DNA from: Diadema antillarum
Taxonomy: Eukaryota
Assembly (NCBI RefSeq): GCF_040938485.1
Contig: NW_027271355.1
Coordinates: forward strand, 558,001-622,000
Reading direction: 5' to 3'
Length of the DNA stretch: 64,000 bases
The position numbers and the translations under genes are program-made. The notes below the pieces were generated by a model. The model made no database searches and was not told where the DNA came from. It saw only the letters and a program-made list of their open reading frames with translations. This document shows positions 11,741 through 23,000 of this stretch, piece after piece. The first letter of the stretch is position 1; each line of letters begins with the position of its first letter.

Positions 11741-14700
11741 AAAACCTATCCAAAATGTATCTACGTTGAATATAAGTATGTTAACTGTCATGATAAAAGC
11801 AAATTGTCAACAGTATATACTATAAAAACTACGAATTTAGAATAGGATGTATAATCGGGACGGTATCATGCGAAATCATGCGTGCTTTCAGGGTAGGAAG
11901 CTTTATTCTTAAACTGAATGGTGTTGACTCATTAACACTTGGCTTTCCCTTCATGAGTGGCGTGGTGCCATCCTGTCAATCCAGATAGGACTCGCGAAGA
12001 GTATCAACTTTTCGACCTCAAAACTGTATCTACCGTTTCCCAGTAGAACATTATCACCAAAGGGCAAGATAAACTACTGTAATTCCACTTGTTATGCTGG
12101 CATAAAGAAAATCAATATAATTCTAAGTAAGTGTATTTATAACTCTTGAACAAGGTTTTGTCCATATGATTTTTCTCAAACTTTCACTGGGAGTTCACTA
12201 ATCGCTCTGCATTCGCTTATCCTAGATTTAAGTTTAGGGAAGCTTCCCCTTTAAGGCGAATGTTACAGTAGTTTACAAGCTACGTTTGTAGGTATTCTTT
12301 AATTCGCGTTCCTTCTTTTTTTTTTAAACTTTCACACGTGAGTTAGTTTGTGGTTTACCTGTCATTCTCTGATCCATCAAAACAACCGGGGATTTTTTCT
12401 TTTCGTAACGTTGAGGTTAGCGTTGTGGATGACTTCATACAGCCACTGCTATTTCATGAACCCGCTTTTAAATTTTACATGTTTTATGTTGTCGTGACTC
12501 GGCCTGGATAATGTGCCTCGTCACTACCTGTCAAAAACTTGCTCCATAGTCTTTTCTGAAGTCTCCAACTTATGTTACGCATTGCCGTCATTGGACACCA
12601 CATTGTGGAAAGAGGTGTCTTTCCATTGTGGTATGGGGCCAGTTCCCACTCTTTATCAATGTGAATGTCCTCGTTTATCACAAGCAGCTCTGTTGTCATC
12701 AGCCAGCTTTTCGACTACGGCTGAGGGGAGACAGGAGGAGTCAAGAGATCAGAAGAGGTGTCAGTACGGGAATCCTCCAGTAGGCCTGGCAGATCCTTGA
12801 TACTCCGGGGACCCGCCCCCTGCTGTTCAGCGACACATAAACGTCGACAATTCTTCCGCGTCGAGATGTTTCGCAAAACCGGAGCTCTTTTAACTGTCTA
12901 CAGTTTGCCAGAACGTGTTGCGTGGCAATGAATATTTCGCCGTATTTATGGCTCGAGACCATGAATGATTGATACAGCCACCCGGTGCATGGGTGTTGAT
13001 GAGACGCGAGAGTGTGAAAATTACAGGAGTGGAAAAGGGGGAACAGACAAGGTAAAGGGAAAATAGAGGATTTATCCCTTTCATCTATAAAATATACTAG
13101 GTTTGTAGCGCGGATAAAATGCTAGTGGAGAAATGCTGTAGATCTTAAATCAGGGAGAAACTTCGTTTGGTACGTTGTTTCACTAGCTGTCACGTGATGC
13201 CTGTGGTGCTCCTTGTCTGTATCTCGACGCTATGTCAGGTAATGAAGGTCCATTGGTCATGCTCTCTCACACAAAACTTACTCTCTTACAAGAACGTCGC
13301 TGTTTTCGTTTCTCTTTCTTTGAATGATATAAATGACCGTGATTCTTTAAAACATTGGTCTTAATCAGTAATGAGGGAATTATGCATGAAAATGCTGTGA
13401 AGATTAAGTTGTATCAGCAATAGAAGAAGGAAAGAAAAGTTTAAATACAGACTAGCAAGAGACGATCCCACTCACGGCATTCTCCTGTCCCCCGAGCTTG
13501 CCTGCAGCCATGTCAGTCGGCGCGCCATAGACGTTGAGAATAAAGAGCTGAATAATTACAGAGGAGAGCTGACCCAAAACAAACTTGGAAAACGTAGTAC
13601 AGTTCTGATGACATCATTCATTTGAGGTGAAACAATCGGTGTTTTGAATGAGTTGCGTCGAATCGAGAAGTGGAAAGGTAATACAATTATAATCTTAACA
13701 TTTATGGTATTAAAAGATAGAAATGAAACGTGGACTAGGGAATACAATTTTATACAAAGCTTCCCGCACACTTCAAATAGTGATGACTAGAAAAAAATAA
13801 ACAAACAAACGAACAAACAAACTTAAGAAGACAATAATGAAACTTGTGAAGAACACATACTGAGATTGCCACAACTAGGCTATCTCGTTTTGGGTAACTA
13901 GATTAACAATAATGTCATTTTCGTTGTCACTTACAGTGTCTGTGACTTTTTTTTTCGAGCATTTCTTTTTTTTTCTTTAACTTTAATCTGAATGCTGACT
14001 CACGCTTTTGTATTGATATGTTTGTGTTTAATTGACCAACTGAAGAGGTAAACAAAAACTAGATTCAAGTGGACAACAGTTGGCCACAAACAATAATATG
14101 ACCGTACCATGACGAAAACCCTCGATGACCTTCGGGGAAGAGGTAATGTACCTGGGACAGTAAATTAATGATTGACTTATCACAGGTTACCACTGTGTAA
14201 TACCCTTTCATACGCCTATAGCTAGATTCAGTGTACAGAAAAGAGTGTGATCACGTCTTCTTAACAGGTTGCAGGTGTGATGGCAATTAAGGGATGAAGG
14301 CAAACAGATCAGTCGATGATTAATCAACTGTGTTGAACATTAAACACAGCGTTACCATATTCAGGATATTTTGACCATATTGTTTGTTTTGGTTGACAGA
14401 AGTTTGATTGAACGGTCGACTCAGAGTGTGAATACATAGAGCAACTAAAGATACCTATATTATGTCAGCCCATACAAATGGAAGCCAATTTGATAAACTT
14501 GTGTCGCCTCTTCCGCTGGGGCATGAGATCCAGGAATTGAATTTATACACAGTTATCAAGACTGGTGTAAAAATAGGCCGGGTCGGTGCCATATATGTTA
14601 CGTGTGATCTGGCGGAAATGTTCTGCCCTCTCAGGGACCAGGATTGTGAAATATCTGCCATCATTCACCAGCTGCCAGTGACTCGTTATGAGAATAACGG

Positions 14701-15148
14701 ATTTCATTTCGTCTGTTATACCAACTAACGGAGTATAGAGTCCAGCCTGTTACAAAGCTATTGAACTTTAGTACAGCGAGGTAGGCGAGCAAAGTGTGTG
14801 CTTCACAGGTAAGCCTGTTTTTCACCATTTTGCTCTTCTCTTGGATTCCAATCGATATGCTGTACTATACCGTGTATAATTATTGAAGTTACTCTGTGTA
14901 GTCGTTAGCCGTAAAAGAATAGTATTAATCATTTCTTTGCGGCCTTCCTGCGCAGATTTCTAAACAAGGATAAATGAGACTTTTGCATGGTGTGCAGAAC
15001 ATTGCGACAGTCATGCAAAATAATATCATGCCCGCAAATTGACTTGGCTTATTAATATGATTCAGCCTTTGGATTTCAAAATATTTCATACGGGATGGTA
15101 ACACGCAGGCGTTTGTGTGTAATAAGAGATAAAAGGATAATGCTTTGC

Positions 15149-15152
<4 letters not shown>

Positions 15153-15190
<38 letters not shown>

Positions 15191-15214
15191 TGTGTGTGTG
15201 TATGTGTGTGTGTG
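15153..15214. repeat. (GT)n microsatellite
   Basis: Seen directly. Confidence 0.95.
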
Positions 15215-16767
15215 TATTTTCTATTTTGCTGGACTGCACACCAGAACATTATGCCTACGTAGCATCTGATATATAACTGTGATATACTTGTTCGTTCTTT
15301 CGTGTGTTTTTATTGGGGTGGGGTGGGATTCTATTTCTTTTGACGAGTTTCGATGGAAAGCCACCTCGTCTGCAAACGCAAATCCCAGACACCTGCTTAG
15401 TGCAAATACAGGTCGTCATGAAACTGATGTTTGTTCTTTTTTATTTTCATTCGAGCCGTGCTTGATGATCGATCATTGCCATTGTAAGCGACATATTATA
15501 TTGACCACCCTCGCAAAGGGTTATTACTATGAACGCCTGGTCCATACAGATAACAAGTCCTTACCTCATGCATGCGGTAGACAAAACAACAGAATATTTA
15601 TACGCTTTTATACAAACAAGCAACAACAAAAAAAATCAAATTTGAGGGTCTACATCAATATAAACGTTAAGATTTACATTGACACAACAATCAAGAGTCA
15701 AACCATGGACCCTTGTGGTAGGGTCCATGGTCAAACAGAGCTGCCTTGCCCTCCAGGGGTGTATTGGATGTGATGTGTCGTCATGGATGTCAATGTTCCC
15801 TCCGATGTTCCCTTTTCCCACAACGGAAGCATCACACCTTTGCTCGTCACTGACCTAGTCAGGCTTGAGTCATGCACGCAAAACTGATACATTTTTACAT
15901 TTCCTCATGTACCCCTTACATGGTATACCCGTAAGCCACTGTCGCGTGTATTTTCCTTTTTGTACAATATGGGATGACCTCGTATGTTCATTCGGCTGTC
16001 GAAGAAGGAGTCAGTTGACGAATGTAATATACATGTACCTAATTCTTTGACGTCATTTCGTTGCCTTTTCTTACCTTGGCCGCTCGTATGTTTTCGACTA
16101 AATCAATTTCATATTCATCGAGATTTGCACTGATTTGGTCCTTCTAAGTAACGAAATGGTTCAAACTACCTCTCTGAGGTAATTCCTCCCCCTTAATGTG
16201 ACTAAGTATGTTCTGCGTCACCACAGTCTACTTCCAGGGCTTTGAGAATAATTATTTTATGTGTCCCTTTAATCCAGCTTATGACTTCACATAACACAGG
16301 GTTCACTTCGCCATTTACTCATTGAGTTCAATCTCTTGTGTTTCGATACACTGTCATAAAAATGCCACCTAGGGTGGACTGAATGCACGTAACTCCAACT
16401 ATCTAAAATTGATTCTTCATTCTATCATAAAATTATGATACTTCCATATTAATTGTTCATCCCAGATTATGACAAGTAATCTACCGAAGATTGAAATGTA
16501 TTAACGCGTTCAAATCTGTGTAGAGACAAAAAACAAACAGTAACAACAAGGAAGAGAAGAAGAAGAGGAAAAAGAAGAAGAAGAAGAAGAAGAGAGAGAG
16601 AGATGTTTCTAAATGTGTTCATCGGTGCATTCATAGTTAAGATTACTGCAACAAGAGACAACCTTGGCGTCTGACACATGTAGGTTTGAATGAGAACTTG
16701 GAAAACGCGCAAGATCAGACGGTATTGTATATTTTCAGAAATACCAGCATGTCACAGAACTAATATA

Positions 16768-16813
16768 ACAAGAAACAAGAAACAAGAAACAAGAAACAAG
16801 AAACAAGAAACAA
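16768..16813. repeat. (ACAAGAA)6 heptanucleotide tandem repeat
   Basis: Six perfect units plus a partial unit. Confidence 0.95.
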
Positions 16814-17641
16814 TCCACGAATCGTTAGTGAGTGATACAATTTCCTAATCAACCTAAACCATGATTGTGCAATAATTTGTTGAGGGTATACGCGGCACAC
16901 CAGCCGTCGCTCGATCCTATTATTAATGGCAGGAAAAGTCCATCAAATCAACATGGAACTTGAGCATCGCCGTACAAGCAGAACACTTCCTCCGTGTAAT
17001 TACATCATGCTATAAATTGTCGCTTGGAGGCGTCGTCTTTCATCTCAATGAGATATGACACTACGACACGGTTTCGAACCAGTTGTGAACTTGGCTTCCT
17101 CTCTCCTTCCCTCTCTCTCTCTTCCCCTGCGACTCTCACCTCCTCTCATTCCGTCTTTGTCTTATGCAGGTTCATACGCATTGACACGTCATTTTACTCC
17201 CTGCGGTTGGGGAGATACACCGAGAAGGGAGACGTGTGAAGATGCGTCGTGGTCGACGGAATGGCGACTTCCACCACACACGGACAGAAGCTTACTTATC
17301 TTTGCCCTACTAGGATTCACATCACTTTCGCTCCCGTCCACGCCCTTGAGGTAGTGAGTGCACGCCCCGCTCTTGGAAGGCAGCAGTGAGCTTGATATGT
17401 TATGACGAGATAGATTGGGATTATGCGATGCAAATTAATGAACACCGCAAGCCATGACAGGATGAATAATCACTTATTACGTAATTCGTAATGCTGCGGA
17501 TGCCATCAAACGAGATAATGGAGATGTGATCTCCGTTGGTCAGTACCCACGAAATTCCGCCTTGGCATTGATAAACGCCGTTCTATTCAAACGTGAGGAC
17601 CTCGAACCTAGCCGTAGCCCAGTGACATTACGGGCATTAAC

Positions 17642-17953
17642 ATGGCCCTATCATTCTTTGGTGGAACTGGTGGTGTCGGGTTAGTTAGACTCTCGGCGCC
17701 TTCGAGACCGAGACGAGGACTCCAGTTCGTTCTCGGTGTCATTCTCCTCGTCGGCTCCGTGCCCATCTTGATAATAGTAAGTTCGGACTCGTCTACGGCA
17801 GCATCGTCGCTTTCGAGGGGACACGACGCCCGGCTGGTCGAAGGATGGGTGAAGGACGAGGAAGGAAAGCCGTGGGGGAATGCAGTCAGTCTGACGCACA
17901 GAGGTTCCTATGGCGGCAGTCATGGTGGCAAGGAGGGAGGTGAACACGCAAAG
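17642..17953 (+). CDS. GALNT7: GALNT7 coding exon 1 (cytoplasmic tail, TM helix, stem)
   Basis: MALSFF...[23 protein letters not shown]...; donor AAG|GTGAGC, phase 0 matches exon 2. Confidence 0.82.
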
Positions 17954-19742
17954 GTGAGCTGTGATTGTTGCCGCTTTTTGTCATGATTACAAAAGATGGT
18001 ATTGATACACTCACAGTTGTCGTATTTCCGCAATGATCTCTTCATTTTGATGGACGGAAAACAAAACAAAACAAAAAAGGACCACTTTCTAAGGAGAATG
18101 TGTAAGGTCAAATGATACCTTACTAATAGCAAAGTTTTTACTGCTAACCTTGTTACCCCTGAATGATACATGTATATTATATAAAACTATTTGTTCAAAA
18201 TAATTGTGTTATTGGAAAAGAGCGGCCCACTTAAGAGACGAGCTTGTAGAGATGTGGGCCACTCGAAAAAAAAAAAAAGACTTACAGTAGAAAAAAAAAG
18301 GAAAGAAACGGAAGTACACACACAAAGCCAGAGACGGTCGGGGAAAACAAAGACATAGACAGGACAGAATAACAAGAGACATTTTACATGTCAGAGGGAG
18401 AAGGAAGGAAAGGAAGGAAATAGGAAGGAAGAACTCTCTGAGAGGAAGAAGGGGTACGCAGCACATACAGAGCTATTGCCAAACACTATCCATTGGCATG
18501 AGCATGGTATAGCTGACATCAAAGAAATTATGAAGATGAGATGGAAGAAAAAAAAAAAACGTAATTCAAATATTACCTAAAACTAAACAAGACTGTCAGT
18601 ACTTTTATTTTTTATTACAGCAAGACTTAGTGCATTTTTAGATCATTGCTTGGATGATTCCAAAAGCTCGGTTCTGCCATGTATAAACAAAATTCTGAGC
18701 GAGAATTGTGCGGAGTAAAGGTATAGGCGTGGATATATGAAATTCGTGGGATCCTCATTGTAGGCTATAAACTTATGAACACTGACATTTTCTACAAAAT
18801 ACATCATCAAATACTAAATTTGGGCAGCTAATATTTCCTGAACTCTAACATCGGGCAGGATCTGGAGTTCCGACAGTAGAAGAGATCCCCTCGTCTGTAG
18901 CACTTCCGTGCAGGAAGTCACAAGTCTGATGTGTTTGTGTTGTGACATATAATTATAGTGTATGTGAATGTACCCATAGCACGAAGAGTTGTAGCTGTCT
19001 GCATAAAACGGGCAAATCCCTTATATTCATTAAAATTTGTAGTAAAACCAGATTGTCACTGTGGATCCTCGCGCACCGTGCTTTAATGATATCACATGTG
19101 TTAACCATATAAGATATGAAGTGTAAAAAGACTCGATTTGTTGACACTTTCAGTATCCTTGTTTACTTTACTACCGACCTGGCTGCATATTCGCGTGTCC
19201 ATAATCTTTGGTTTCCTGTTATGACGCGCCTTGGAGCATAAAAGAATGTACACAGGTCTCTGTTTATGACTTCTCCTTTCTTACGTTCACATGCCGTACC
19301 GATATAGCTGCTAATATATGTAGGCCTATTTACAATCGTGTATATACACTTGTCATAATATACAAGTGTATATACATGAGCGTGTCAAAAAATACAAAAT
19401 GTCTGTATAGCAGGTATGTTTGTTAGTACATACATTATACAATGTACTTACAAACATACCTGCTATAGACAGACACGAGCATAAATTTGTGTCTCTCTCT
19501 TCTGTCTATTACACAATAACACACATGCGCGCGAAGGATGTATATTATATATATATATATATACATTAGTTGCTGATTTAGTTGCTGACGATTGACGAAG
19601 CATCGGCCGAAACAGACTGTCCAGCTAAGTCACTAATAAAGCAACGCCTTCCATCCTACTGTATATTGTACTATACATGGGCTACTATATAGTTGAGCAC
19701 TATCAGCCATATTGCAGTTCACACTCTACTTACGTATATATG

Positions 19743-19781
<39 letters not shown>

Positions 19782-19944
19782 TCCTAGATGGGTCATTTGG
19801 AAGACATTTCCATTTGTTTTATATGCAAATTTTAAAATACATGTTCAATGGCAATTTACGCAATGGAGACACGAAAATTGTCTCCTTAATGACCAGTTGT
19901 CTCCCTAATGAAGACACTTCCCCCCAATATGTCTCCCTAGGTGC

Positions 19945-20019
<75 letters not shown>

Positions 20020-23000
20020 CAAAGTGAACATACTGCAACGTCTGCCAGCAGCCATTCCTCCGTCAATCATGAATATTATATAGATATAGATATATATTCA
20101 TATATTTGCATCTATCGATGTTACTTTCTTGTGTTGCCTTCACCGGAAGGCCTGAAGAATTCAGGTTAAAGCGATCCTTGCAGTGAACCGTTGTCGGGTT
20201 CTCTATTTCAAGTATCCTGAGGACGTCATCGGATCCAGTCACCCCTCCGAGGCAATACCTCGTACGGCAGACTGGTGGAATCTGGGCAATGGTTGTAACT
20301 CAAAGCCGATATCTCACAGCGTGTGGAAACTAGACGCGGTTTGTCACGCGCTGTGGGCAGTAAAAATTCAAAATCATGCAAACTTTGTAATATTATACGG
20401 CGAGTAGACCGAAAATGAGAAGGCGTCGGCACCCGATAATGTAAATCGCTTCCTCTTCTTGTCTTTTTTGGTAGGTTTTGTCTTTCTCCTTTATTCCTTA
20501 GTGTAATCCTTAGAAGCTTCACGACAGACACCGTTCAGGATGTGTTTTAAGAATTAATAGGATTGCTTTCTTTTGTAGGTGAAGTCCTATTACAAAAGCA
20601 ATAGATCCCTCTTATACCTGTCTATCAGCTTGCAAACTTTGAATTCCACTGAATTCAATTTACAATACAGTACGATGCCCATTACTAGTAGCTTGCTTTA
20701 AAAAAAAAAGTTTGAAAAGTCACGTTTTCACTTTGACAACATTGCTGAAATGATTATCTATAATGTTTTCTCCGTTTATTTCCAAAGAACAATTAACACG
20801 AAGAGCTCGGTTATTATTAGATATTGGAAGTGCTGCACCAACAACGCGTGCATGATATCAATAGGCCAGTATCGCTACGCATCTCACAGGTTAAATCCCG
20901 ATTTTATTTCTGATAACGAATTCAATATTCGAAAGAAAGTAATATTGTGATTGTTTTCGTCGTTTCGTTGTTGCTTGTTTTTAACGGGAAGAGTATGTAG
21001 TACGCAGAAATCCGAGAAATAGTTGTGATATACAGATCCGGAATTGAATATAGCTTAAAATGCCATTGTACTTTAAAAGTTTGCCTGAAGATTTAGATGA
21101 TTACCAAAGCAATGTGAGTGATATTGATAATTACAATAGTTTAAGATGTTTAGTACTTAGTATTCACAATTCCAGACTTTGCTCGAAGCGTTGCTTCCAT
21201 GTATACTTATGTGCAATACGATTTCTCTGGTAAGACTCCTGTGATCTGGCAAACTTTGGTGTTGAATGTTTGGTCTATACATAAGGAGTATCAAATCAAT
21301 GCTACATCCAGGAATTGCAAGTTAACGGAATGTTCGAAGACATTGCTCTGTATCGGCAACCCAATTATTACGAGATTCAGGAAGGGGCGAGAAGTGAGAT
21401 TTCCTGCATAAGCTTCGTATATATAACAGAAACAACCACGCCAAGAAAGTTACTCGTTTCATCAGTCTTAAAAAAGGTCAAGGCAACATCTCAGGATTTA
21501 CGCCATGAAATCTTCAATTTAGACATCCTATATATATTTCTGGGGGTTGAGAGAAGAGAAAAGGTATAGAGAACGCTGTACTTTAGATTTCAGTGATGCT
21601 CTGCTACCGGATGGTGCAAAATAGGAAAAAGAGAACATTGAACTGCAAGATGTGATTCATATTTCTCTGTCGAGTCTCGTAAATGATACGCCTCAAGAGC
21701 CTACTTTCCCGCTCCTCAAACCGGGTTACATGTCAGCGATATAGCTCGTCTTATTACCACTGGGCATGCAGCTAGGAAACACCACATTGGGAAAGTTCAA
21801 GTATAACTGATCGGATAAGACGAAATGAATTATATCGTTTGCAGGAGCAGTAACAACAACAACAACAACAACAACAACTCCAGCATGATTCAGGGATATT
21901 CCCTTGTAGGCTATAATAACCGAGTCGCGCCAGAAATTTACTTTAGTCTGCCCTGTCATTCCACGGCCGCATGCTGCATTTTGATAAGGGTCGGGTTTGT
22001 TTGTTTGTTTGTCCTTTATTTTGACTTTGAGATTATATTAAGTTTATGTTCTTTTAATTCAGATTTTAAATTCAAATCAAATTTAGCGCGTAAATATTCA
22101 TAGTGATACATCTTAAAAACTCGCAGGGGTAGAAATAATCTGATTTCATGCCTGCGAGCCTATCCATGAGCAAAATGCCCTAAAGGTTTATAAGAATATA
22201 TTACAACTTTGTGATAAGTCAAGGTCGAAAGTCTCGAATCATTTTCAAATTCTTAAAGTCTTTACTCGGAATCAAACTAATTCCATCACTGAATCGGTTT
22301 CATCGTGGAGTTGTAAAATATCTGTCAGTATTTTGCTTAAGTAATTCTAATGTGTGATGCGAATATAAACGAATGATGAGGAATACGGACAAGAATTAGC
22401 AGATAATCTTTATTAATTTTCATCCCGTCAAACCCATCAGTATTCCCTCGCATTAGACATGAATTACAACCCTTGTATTCATGAGTCTTATAAAAATTCA
22501 TCAAGAATACGATCATCACCCTCATATTACAACACCACATCAATACTAGTACCTTTACCCCTCATTTCAGAGACGTCATTTGTATGAATGGGACTGCGGA
22601 GCACGAATTTCCTGCGCTCATTTACTATCCAGCGTACGAGAAATGAAAATCAACCTCCAGTACTTGTTATTTTCTTTTTGCTTTCTCATTCGCTACAAAG
22701 GACTATAATTTTAAATCATTTTATTGTGGTATTGTATATACACGAATATATATATATACATACATATTCTCTCTCTCTCTCCCATCCTACTTCTCCACCA
22801 CCTCCCTTTAGTGCACATAAACTTACTTCGACACCGCACTCTCTAGCCACCTTCCTCTTTGCTTTTCACATCACGTTCGTGCCCAGCGTTAAGTGAGCTA
22901 GATTTATTCACGTCCCGAATATCCAAGATACGTGCATGGAAATCCTTCGGGTCATTGATTGCAAAACTAATGGTTGTGTTCTTAGTGGCAGACTGGGTTG

